Assembly: GCA_951406725.2 (NCBI GenBank)
Contig: OX597822.1
Location: 91,202,001 to 91,266,000, forward strand
From: Octopus vulgaris
Lineage: Eukaryota
Reading direction: 5' to 3'
Length of the DNA stretch: 64,000 nucleotides
The stretch's first letter is position 1. Each line of letters begins with the position of its first letter. The translations under genes and the position numbers were made by a program. Positions 22,689-34,159 of this stretch are shown here, piece by piece. The notes beneath the pieces were generated by a model. It worked only from the letters and a program-made list of their open reading frames with translations. It had not been told where the DNA came from and did no database searches.

Positions 22689-23419
22689 TTAATTTACAAC
22701 CTGTGGTGTTGTCTCTTTCCTCCCTTCTCTCTTTCTCTCAAACACGGATATGCTGGCATCCATTCTCCGTCCAGCCACCACCAGTGAGATGTGCAGGCGC
22801 AGAAAGTCATTTAAATGTTTTTGAACTATGCCGACCCAAAGAAACCGAGACCCGTAAAATAGTTCTTTTTCTCTTTTTACAAAGAAAGCACAGCAGAATT
22901 TCGGATTAGGACGCCCATATAAGTTGGATTTTCTCTGTTTTGACGGAGATTTTTCCAAATTCACATTCTTTCGTTTGAAGCAGAATAGTTGTCAAACTCG
23001 ACCATATGGGATATGATTGTTCGTTAATTTTACTCCTTTACTTGTTTCAGTCATTTGACTGTGGCCATGCTGGAGCACCGCTTTTAGTCGAGCAAATCGA
23101 CCCCAGGACTCATTCTTTGTAAGCCTAGTACTTATTCTATCGGTCACTTTTGCCGAACCTCTAGTTTACGGGGACGTAAACACACCAGCATCGGTTGTCA
23201 AGCGATGTTGGGGGGACAAACACAGACACACAAAACATATACACACATATATACGACGGGCTTCTTTCAGTTTCCGTCTACCAAATCCACTCACAAGTCT
23301 TTGGTAACCCCAAGGCTATAGTAGAAGACACTTGCCCAAGATGCCACGCAGTGGGACTGAACCCGGAATCATGTGGTTGGTAAGCAAGCTACTTACCACA
23401 CTCCTAGTAAAATTTTTTT

Positions 23420-23875
23420 ATTTTTTTACTCCTATTTGGAAGGCGACATTTGCTTTGAAATGAGAGCAGAAAGTGAAAGGTGTATGTAAGTATATGAAAT
23501 GGATGTGTGTGTTTGTGCGTGCATCTATATGTGTGTATGAGGGAGAGATAGTGAGTGAGTGAAGGTGTCTTGTATTTTTGCATGTATGTGCAAGTGGCAC
23601 TCTCTCTCTCACACACACACACGCAGGCATACATAAAAAAAAGATGTATGCATATGTATTTATGTAAGATAATGTGTGTGTGAGAGAGAAAGAAAGCGCC
23701 ATTTACACAATATATGCCAAAATATACATGACAACATACACCTTCACTCTCTCACTCACTGTCTCACACACACCATTCCATATACACATACATACATCTT
23801 TCACTTTCTCCTCTCTTTCAATTTCTGCTCTCACTTCAAAGCAAATGTCACCTTCCAAAGAGGAGTAAAGAAATA
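23420..23875. mobile_element. Decayed fold-back element
   Basis: tttactcctatttggaaggcgacatttgctttgaa... versus ...ttcaaagcaaatgtcaccttccaaagaggagtaaa. Confidence 0.7.
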
Positions 23876-24349
23876 GAAATCTTTTATGGAAATTAACAAA
23901 CAATCATGATCCCATATGATTGACCATATAACTGAGTTTGACAACTATGCTGCTTCAAATGAAAGAATGCTTCCAATTTTCTATCACTATACAAGGAGGT
24001 GGTGGTAACAGCTTTCTATTAAAAACATTTTTTTTTGAATATCTATAATTTTTTTTACACTCCTCACTACCTGCTCCAGACTGGTTTTGGCCAATTTTCT
24101 TTGCCATCTTATGCACTTAAAAATCACGAGAGAAGCCTTTTCGGTAAAAAAAGAAAAAAAATTGAAAATATTTTCAGATGTAAAGGTGTGTGATTTAAGG
24201 GAGATTTATCTGTTGTTTCTAGCACATCCCACTAACACCTTGTACCTGGTAGGTAAAAAAAAAAAACAGAAACAAAACAGTTTACAAGTAAAATTTCAAA
24301 CCAATTTCACTGTCTTCTGTTAGCTATTTCTAAGCAACAGACTTCATTG

Positions 24350-27300
24350 ACAAAAATGGAAGGAAAACCATCCCTTCTCATGATAAAAGTTATCGATGAT
24401 ATCATTGGAGAATGTATGAAAAAATGTGAAAACTCGTATTGGAATATCCATACTTGTCTGTGTACTGCTGCTGCTACTCTGGATAAATATCTGGGAGATA
24501 TTTGTACAACATGTGGCAATGAGATAATACATCAAAAGCAACCCAAGCAGATAATGACACTAGAAGAGAGCATAAAGGATTTACACCTCAGAATAGGGAG
24601 GGCAATTAAATGCTAGTATAAAGTGTAAAGTTCACTAGCTGTTAAGTTCACTACACACCAACAATACTTCCTGAGAAAACTAACGAAAATGTATGGAGAA
24701 TCTGCTACAAATCTTGAAGGAAAATTAATAGCTCTGAAATATGAACTCATGACTTCAAGTGTCAAAACTCTGCTCCTAACAAAAAGAAAAAGAGCCATGA
24801 TAAACCAAAAGTTCACTTTTAACCCTACAAGCTGTATACAAAGAAATGAGGGGAAAAATAAAGTCATTCTGGGTGAAAATCTGGAATAGCAGTAAAGACT
24901 TACTCATGGCTTGATTACAGAAAAGCATTTAGTTCTGTTTCTCACTTACAGCTACTGAAGTGACTTCAGCTGGTAATGGTATTTGCTACCTTAGTTGTTT
25001 CCATTGAAAGGTGCATGAAGACCTTGTTCACAATCCTCACACTGAAAGTAAAACAATTGCCTCTGATGTTATTAATATTTCCATAGAAATCCACTGAGTA
25101 TGTTCTAGGGTTTGCAAGAAGGTATATGAATATATCCCATAATTACTTTGTAGACAGTCTAAAGATATATACCCCAAATACATTTAATGCCAAAAAAAAA
25201 AACAACAGGATCTAATTAGAACATTTTCTTCTGTTACGAGAATGGAAAACAGAAGAAATTTTCACCTGGAAAAATTGTTCCCCAAATCATAAAGCTGTGC
25301 ATCAACAGTCTATCTCTCTCTCTCCTGTTCCACAAAGCTCTTACTACAAATACCAAGGTGTGGCATTTAAAAAGCACCCACTACACTCACGGAGTGGTTG
25401 GCGTTAAGAAGGGCATCCAGCTGTAGAAACACTGCCAGATCAGACTGGGCCTGGTGCAGCCTTCTGGCTTCCCAGACCCCAGTCGAACTGTCCAACCCAT
25501 GCTAGCATGGAAAGCGGATGTTAAATGATGATGATGATGTATCATATAAAGGTACTGTAAACAAGAATAGAGAAACCAAAGAATATTACACCAGACTTAA
25601 GCAGTCTTATAAGATGCAATGCATTTGCGCTACTACTGATATTGATATTTGGGACACATGACTATTCTATAGAAGAAATCTGCTCCATGGACATAAGAAC
25701 CTGCAATGACATTGACTGAAAATTTCCACAAAAACAGTAACAGTGACAGATTTTATTTCGGAAGAAAAGAGGAAGGGCTTAAGATCTGCGCAGGCAGCCT
25801 TTGAGTGCTGCATGATATTACTTGGAGAGTGCCTTCTAAACAAGAGCAGCAAAAATGAATAAATCAATCAAATGCTGAAAAATGAAGTGAATGCATCAAG
25901 AAACACTCATTTTCTGATGATCTATACAAACTCATAAGTGCAGGGCTTGCTTATCTCTGCAGAGACCTGAAAGAGAAACATTTTACATACCATAATCCGG
26001 GGTGAATAGGGACAATAACTGGGAAAAACTGTTTTCGAACAATAAAGTTGAGATGACTCAAATTGTGCTCGTTTCTTTCTAGTTATTTTGTAGGTACATA
26101 TATATGCCTTTCGTTCAACGAGATCTCTTTGATATTATCACCCTGCTGGTGGCCATGGCAACCGGAATTCCCAGTTTCGTTTTTGTCACGAAAAGGTAAA
26201 GTTGTCGGAACTTTCTTTCTGCAGGAAAGGTTGTACCAGCGAGGGTGCTCCAACCCGCTCAGTCTCTTGCAACAGGTTTCCAAACACAGTGCACATGTAT
26301 GATTTCCTGGAAAATCCATTGTTATCATTACCACTGCCTATTTCTGCTTTCACCCCTATTTTGGTGTTTTGTAGGGGTGAATAGGGACACCATGCCACGA
26401 CAGTACAAACCAGTTCCTGGGAAGAAAAAATATGCCAAAATAGATCCTGAGCAGCTAGAGGCCACTAAAAGAGCTGTCACCAATGGAATGACACTCAGAA
26501 AAGCAGAAGAGAACTTCAAAATTCCTAAGAGTGTTCTTCATCGGCACATCAAGTTGGGGAAAAATATCAAGTAACGTGGTAGACAGACTGTTTTATCTTC
26601 AGGTGAGGAGGAAATTCTTGTACAAAGGCTCGTGCTGTGCGCCTCTTCGGGTTATCTGATCTACTCCTATGATTTGCGACTGATTGTTAAAGGATACCTG
26701 GATCGTCAAGATGTCGATGTGAAAAGATTCAAAGGGAATATACCTGGCATAGATTGGGCTGAGTCATTTCTCATGAGGCATAAAGACAGTTTAAGAGAAC
26801 GAATATGCCAAAATATCAAATGAGCACGAGCTGCCGTCTCTTAACCTACAATAAACTCATATTTCAACAAATTGGCTGAGAGCTTAGATGGTATACCTGC
26901 ACCAAATATTGTGAACTATGATGAAACAAACCTAATGGATGACCCGGGACAGGAAAAAGTCCTCACCAAACGAGGTACAAAATATCCAGAAAGAATTATG
27001 AACACCTCTAAATCTACTTCTTTGATGAATGCCACCACATCTGACGGTACTTTTCTCCCTCTTTACATTATGTACAAGGGTGTTAACCTCTACGACATTT
27101 GGACACTTGGTGGGCCAAAAGGTGCCCGATACAACAGAAGTAAGTCAGGCTGGTTTGACCTTCAAAGTTTCAGTGACTGGTCTACAACCATAGCCTTACC
27201 TTATCTGAAAAAACTGACAGGAAAAAAGTTTTGATTGGCAACAATCTAAGTTCACATTTGTCCTTAGAAGTGATAAAAGCCTGTGAGGAGAACGATATAT

Positions 27301-28080
27301 CCTTCATATTTCTGCCACCAAATTCGACACATCTGAGTCAGCCGTTGGACGTGTCATTTTTTCGGTCACTCAAGACTGCCTGGAGGCAGATACTGGGAAG
27401 GTGGAAGAAAACAGTAAGACGCAATTAGCCTGCAATACCGAAAGATACATTCCAACAGTGTGTTGTAGATAACTGTCCCTATTCACCCAAATCGACGGGG
27501 TGAATAGGGACAGTGGTTTTTTTATTTAAAAAAATGGGTGTGCCTATGAATTTTGATAAAGTTTCAATGCACGTCGGTAGGTTACCAGTAGGGACATAAA
27601 TCCCACTAAATTAATCAGTAAATGCTATTGCAGTCACTTAGTGACATGCATTTGAACCTCAAAATTGTCCCTATTCACCCCTGATTATGGTACCATAAAA
27701 AGATTATGCATGGTTGTTTCCTTTCCTGAACGCATTACTACTACATTGCATCACATCTTGAAGACTGTTCTTTTGGAATTCAAGAGTAGGAAATATGAAA
27801 TGTTTCATGGACAAATGATACAGTGAAGCACTTAAAAACCTTCAATATATCAACAGAAAAGACTGTCCTGAATAAATATAAACAACATCCCTGCAATAAA
27901 GGGTATGTGCATATCAGCACAAATATTGGTAGAACATTCTCATCAAAACTTCTACCAAGTGCAAACATAACAGGCCTGATATATTTATTTGGGGCACAAA
28001 AGTGCCATAGGTGAGTATTTCATCCAAAAGCGGCAAGGAAAATACCTAAGCAACTGTTTTGAAACCTGCAACTCTGGTAC
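24350..28080 (+). mobile_element. Highly decayed non-LTR element (possibly R4/NeSL-like) interrupted by the pogo element
   Basis: AWLDYRKAFSSVSH near 24906 resembles the AWIDYKKAFDSVPH RT motif; broken frames on both sides of the pogo; boundaries uncertain. Confidence 0.4.
25990..27690 (+). mobile_element. pogo/Tigger-type DNA transposon, decayed and internally deleted (GRHPR intron 1)
   Basis: 26-bp TIRs CCATAATC(C/A)GGGGTGAATAGGGACAA, TA on both sides; transposase from ATG 26392 with psq-like HTH, GIDWAESFLMRH, VNYDET, SKSGWFD, LPPNSTHLSQPLDVSFF; several stops and a frameshift. Confidence 0.93.
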
Positions 28081-28189
28081 CCTGACTATAAATTACATCC
28101 ATACCAATAACCATTGGTGTACTTGGTTATGTTAGTAAATGCCTGTGTGCTAGCCCTGAATTCTATAGAAAATTGTTCGAGATAAACTT

Positions 28190-29070
28190 AAAAGTGAGAA
28201 TTGGTCCAGTGGGAATTGCCACTGAGATGCTTAAAATATCTGATAGAGTAGGATACAATCTAGTCACCTGTATAATTAATCAGGTTATTCAGGAAGGTGT
28301 CATCTCCAATGACTGGCTCAGCAGTTTTATAGTCAGCTGTTACTAGGGTAATTATAGAGATATCAAATTACTGGACTAGGTCATGAAATTACAGAGAAAG
28401 TTATAGCCCAGAATTAGAGTAGATGAGATGCAACTTAGTCAGACAACTGCAAGAGTATTTTACTAAAAGTAAACCATTATACTTGGCATTCGTTAATCTG
28501 AAGAAAGCCTTTGACAAAGTTCATTACTCTGTGATATGGTAGTCTCTGAGGAAGCTACGGATAAATGGTTTGTGAAAGCTGTACAAGCCATGTACAGGGG
28601 TGCTGTCAGTAAGGTGAGAATTAGCTATGAATATAGTGACAAATCTAATGTGGAGGTAGGTGTTTACCAGGGCTTGGTTCTCTGTCTCCCTATTCATCCT
28701 CCTCTTCCAGGTCATTTAAAATTGGTTGCCCCTGGGAGCCACTATATGCTGATGGTCTCACTCTCGTAGAATCTGTAACAACTAGAAAAGAAATTGCAGG
28801 TATGGAAGCAAAACCTGCAATGAAAGGGTTTTAAAGTTGATATATTGAAGACCAAGGTTCTAGTAAGCAAGAAAACTGACAGATACTACCACTTGATATG
28901 TAGGCAGTAATTCTATCCAGTGTACCCAGTGCAAGCTATGGACACAAATGGTGCACTGGAATTGCAGGAAGGTTAATGGAAAAAGTAGTTTTTGCTTTTG
29001 GAAGATGCACAGGTGCCATGAAGTCCAAGCTCACACAAGAAATTGATTTTTTTCTAATGCCCTGGGGGCT
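28190..29070 (+). mobile_element. Decayed RTE-type LINE reverse transcriptase fragment
   Basis: GIATEMLK, NYRDIKLL, LYLAFVNLKKAFDKV, AVQAMYRGAVSKVR, VGVYQGLVL across broken frames. Confidence 0.8.
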
Positions 29071-30542
29071 TCTGAAAGGTAATAGATATATTCTTTTATC
29101 TAAGATGTTATAGATCTTCTTGCTCTTTGCAATCAACATGGTGACCTCATAGGAAGCCTCAACAACCAGTGAAGTTTGTTATTGAAATGCCCCACTACTG
29201 TCCAACTTGGCTTGCTTCAAGGAATGTCTTTTTGTTTCAAAGAATGCCTTGGGCTTGTCTGCAAGAGCAGAATGTGTTGTCCTCATGTGGCATTCCAAAC
29301 GTGAGGGTCGCATTCCATCATTGCTCAAAGTTTTGTAACATATCACACACTGGGGGACTTCTGTGTCACCCTATTGGAGGGAAATGAATCCAAATCAAAT
29401 ATATTCGTCAAGATACCTCCGTTTCTTTGCACTCCTTGTGAATTATTTGATGTGCAGTGGACAACACAAATATGTGAACAAAAGATGAAGCATGTATAAG
29501 TAATGTCAAAGTTAGAACTTTAGCCTAAGTTCTGAAAAAAAATTAAAACAAAAATATTTGGAATAAAAAAAAGTTAAATTAAAAGAAAAATTATATGAAA
29601 AATTTGTACAATAAAATATTGTATTTATTTGTACGAAAATATAAAAAAAGTTTCTTTAAAAAGAAAAGATTTTGCATAGCTTTTAGTTTTACCCAGTACT
29701 TTCTGTAATATTTAAATTTAAGTTTTAGTTTAACATTTGGCTTTATATCATAATTTTGTCTTACAAAAAAATTTACTATATTTTTAGCATAAACATTTAA
29801 TATTAAAAATTTTGGTTTTATTGTTAGAATTTTTTATTTTTTCAATCTGTTTTAATTTTTTTGAGACTTCATTAACTCGAGTGATAGTAGAACCTGTTAC
29901 ATACTTTTTGTTTTATTTCCTAATTTTAAATATATCATACTTTTCATCTTGCTAAAATTTTAAAATAGTTTTCAATTTTTTTAATTAAGTTAATATTTCT
30001 TGGTAGGTTACTATAATGATTTGATAATGTCTCTTGTTTTTTTAAGAATCACATTATTTCATATATATGGAAACTGTAGATCAAACTTGTTTATAATCTG
30101 TTAACTGAAAAAGATGTTTGTCATTACACAATAATAATATCTAAGCTTTATACCAGTGGTTCTTAACCTGAGTCTTGTTGTAACAAAAAAAAAATTTACA
30201 AAATAAAGGCAAATGTTAAAGCTACAATTCAGAATTACCGAGGGTTTTGAGGGATATGAAATGGGAGTCAATAAGTACAGAAAATGGTAAGCGGTGCTAA
30301 GATAGTAGAATAAGAAAACTAAAAGTATAAGGCGATACTTTTGCATTTTCTCATAAACATCTCATTATTTGACCATACTCTCATTAAGAGAATAACAAAT
30401 GTAATTAGAGAAATTCCTGCTTTTTCTTAAGGGCTCATGCTCCCCTTGGAAATTACTGAGCTCCCCCCACCACCACCACCACTTCATGGCTAAGAATCAC
30501 TGATCTAAAGCTATTTGTTGAAAACAATGTTATCTATTTCAG

Positions 30543-30713
30543 GCCCTCAGTTGAAAGTAGTGTCAACCTTATCTGTTGGTTATGATCACGTTAATGTAGC
30601 TGAATGTGCTAAGCGTAATATTCGCCTTGGAAATACTCCGGATGTTTTAACTAAAGCCACAGCAGAATTGGGTGTTGCTTTACTGTTGACAGTTTCAAGG
30701 AATATAGAGAAAG
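30543..30713 (+). CDS. GRHPR: GRHPR exon 2
   Basis: tttcag|GC CCT CAG; PQLKVVSTLSVGYDHV...GNTPDVLTKATAELGVALLLTVSR; G|gtcagt. Confidence 0.93.
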
Positions 30714-31749
30714 GTCAGTCAAATTTTTTAAAGTAAATCTAATATTAAATTGTAAATAATTTTTAGTTTGTTTCATTATCTACATTTATTGAAAATAAAA
30801 TTTTCTTTGCTTTAATTTAATTATCACTTGTAATTTGAAAATTATAAAACAATTACAGATGACTAAGAGAGCTCATATAAAGCCATTGATTTTGTTGCTT
30901 TTAGCAAAGTCACTTGCTCAGTCTACTTAGCTACTCTTTGCTAAAGATATACTATAAATCAGTAATTACTCTGACTGAGCTGAAATTCATGGATTACTGG
31001 GAAAAAAATAGGTATCATCTGTAATGTTGTTATTCTAGACATTTTTCTTTTACTAGTTTGTCACTGGATTGCAGCCATGTTGGGGTTTTTTAGCTGACCA
31101 TATCAACCTCCAATACTTCAGGGTTTTTTTAGCTGACCATATCAACCTCCAATACTTCAATCTGGTGCTTGTTTTATGATGGCCATGTTACCATTTTCAT
31201 ACATTGGGTTGAACATATATGAATACATACACACATACATCTACGCACACTAACATATGCACACAACAGCCTTCTGCACAGTTTCTCTGTACTAAATTCC
31301 ACTCGATTATTTAACAATATGGCCATACTTGTGCCTATAAGCATCAACATGTTGCCAATGCTTTTCTCTACATTCTTGCTCAAGTATTTAGAGTTTAGTT
31401 CACTGTTACAAGCAGCAGTGACATGGTGTAATTAATTGATGGGTGTTTTGTTAGCTTACAATGCTGAGCTCATCTAATCCCATAGATGAAATAACTTCAC
31501 TAACCTCAATTAGTAAGTTCCTGAGGTAGTGGTAAAAAATATTGGCTCTTTATATTCATTATCATCTTCAGTATGCTCACATGGTGAATTAGACATGGGT
31601 ACAAGTTTAACATAGGAATTGGGACTATGATCTTTTTTATGTCATCAGAAGATAATTCTGATCCATTACAATTTGGAAAATAAGGCAAAAATAATTAAAT
31701 AATCACAATGTTAAATTCTTCTCCATTTTCTGTTTTTAATATTCTTTAG

Positions 31750-32345
31750 CTGTACATGCTGTCAAGTCTGGTGAATGGAGCTCTTGGAAATCTATGTGGT
31801 TATGTGGCTCTGGCTTAGAATATTCAACAGTTGGTATTGTAGGAATGGGTCGAATTGGAACCACTCTACTTCAGATGTTGCAACCTTTTGGTGTTTCCAG
31901 GTTTTTGTATTCTTCTAAACGAGGAGCTCGGGAACTTCCAGTTGAAGCTGAATGTGTGGAATTTCATACCCTTTTGAAAGAATCTGATTTTGTTATTGTT
32001 TGTTGCAGTCTGACTCCAGAAACAAAAGATTTATTCAGAGCTGAAACATTTTCACAAATGAAGAAAACAGCAATCTTCATTAATATATCCCGTGGCGCAG
32101 TGGTAAACCAGGAAGATTTATATGATAGTCTAAAGAATGAAACTATTTTGGCGGCAGGACTGGATGTAACAACTCCAGAACCCTTGCCAACTGATAGTCC
32201 CTTGTTATCGTTAGATAATTGCACTATTTTGCCACATATTGGCAGTGCTACAACTAAAGCAAGATCAATTATGTCGGAGCTGACTGCAAAGAATATTTTG
32301 GCTGCTTTGGAAGGAAAACCCATGCCTGCCGAGATTAAATTGTAA
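31750..32345 (+). CDS. GRHPR: GRHPR exon 3 (terminal); spliced product 365 aa from the first ATG
   Basis: tttag|CT GTA; Rossmann GMGRIG, INISRG, AGLDVTTPEPL, LPHIGSAT (2-hydroxyacid dehydrogenase Arg/Glu/His residues); TAA at 32343-32345. Confidence 0.95.
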
Positions 32346-32477
32346 TACATTCCCAACTGATAACATTCTTAGAACCTGAAATAATTCTATTATTTTATGA
32401 TGACATATCATTACCTGAATTTACTGAGTTAGAATCATAAAAGAACTTGTAATTTTTGTGGCATTAAATATAATTTC

Positions 32478-32492
32478 AATAAAAAAAATAAA
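32478..32492 (+). terminator. Probable GRHPR polyadenylation signals (two AATAAA)
   Basis: AATAAA at 32478 and 32487, about 135 nt after the stop, followed by GT/T-rich sequence. Confidence 0.55.
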
Positions 32493-34159
32493 ATAATTTG
32501 CTGAACATTGTTTTATTGTGAATATATTTCTTTGAAGCAACAATTTCATATCATTTCATGCATAATTTTTTAACAAATTGATAAAGAAAAGAGTTCTAAA
32601 GAGAAATAATTCATAGGTGCAGGAGTGCCTGTGTGGTAAGTAGCTTGCTTACCAACCACATGGTTCCGGGTTCAGTCCCACTGCGTGGCATGTTGGGCAA
32701 GTGTCTTCTACTATAGCCTCGGGCCGACCAAAGCCTTGTGAGTGGATTTGGTAAGCGGAAACTGAAAGAAGCCCGTCCTATATAAGTATATATATGTGCG
32801 TGTGTCTGTGTTTGTCCCCCTAGCATTGCTTGACAACTGATGCTGGTGTGTCTACGTCTCCGTCACTTAGCGGTTCGGCAAAAGAGACCGATAGAATAAG
32901 TACTGGTCTTACAAAGAATAAGTCCCGGGGTCGATTGCTCGACTAAAGGCGGTGCTCCAGCATGGCCACAGTCAAATGACTGAAACAAGTAAAAGAGTAA
33001 AGAGTAATACATTTTTCAGCTGGTTACTATATTTCAGGACTCATTTGTAGTACCTAGGTGTTCCACAAGAAATTTTCATGACAGTAATCTGTAAAAAATG
33101 AGTAAGTTGTGAGCTACAGTGGGTATTGTTATTCTGATAGGAATTCTGGAAGGGGCTGATTTAAAAAACTGAAATTCTGGAAAAATTTCACAGGGGTGCA
33201 ACCTTAAAGTTGACACCACTACAACGCAGAAAATCTCTGCCTCACTATTGGCTAAAAATACACAACTTCTTTGATTTTTAAATGTCTGTAACTTTTTCAT
33301 CAATTCTTTTCTCCACAAGATCATCACTTCACAGGTATAAGTGTAGAAAACTGCATCAATATAACCGATTTTCAGATTTTTTACTTCCTTTTAAGAAATG
33401 CAGATTTTGTGAATGAATTTAACTAGATCCTCACTAACTGTTGATACAGACTATGACTTCTTTGCTTGGGTTCGACTTTTTACTTTAAGTATACATGTGT
33501 CCCAATCCCCCTGATTACCATCTTTTCCATGTATCTTTATAGTAATGTACCTGTTCTTATCCTCCAATCAAGGTGTGTATTATTGTCTCGCAAGCTACTA
33601 GTGATGGCAATATAAAAAAGCACTCAGTACACTCCTTAGCATTAGGAAACTATGCCAAAACAGACACTGGAGTTCAATATAGTCCTCTTTTATCTGTTGG
33701 TTCCTGTCAAGCGAACAAATTGTCTAACGGTGTCCACATGACAACCAAATTTCTCTCCAGTGACATGAAGAGAGATGCCTGTAGCTCTTTCCTTGATGAT
33801 AACAGACTTTTCTTCACCATTAAGGCCTTTTCCACAACCCATTGTTCTTAGAGAGGAGAGATGCTATTAGCGTGGTTGACCCCAAAACTGAAGAATCTGA
33901 ATTAAAAAAAGAAAGGACATTACACAGAATAATGAAATCATAATGGAGTTGCCATAGTGTGAAGACCAGCTGGGAAAAGGTTTATCAAAATTGATTCATA
34001 GAAAACTGAGAAATCCTAAATTTCACTTCTAAGCTATTAGCGCGGATCTGGGGGTATACCCAAGCTCCATCCTCTAAATGTTTTACCAACTACCAGATAT
34101 ACTGTTCTATGAGAGAGAGAGAGAGAGAGTTATAGCAACAAAGCTGGAATGCTTTAAAC

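Noticed and set aside
31081-31159. 39-bp tandem duplication (and 31-bp x3 at 49325-49407)
   Set aside because: Ordinary slippage duplications with no further structure.
12939-32345. ESD-like plus GRHPR as a functional aldehyde-detoxification cluster
   Set aside because: The ESD-like copy appears to lack its catalytic Ser, and adjacency alone is not evidence of co-function without synteny or expression data.
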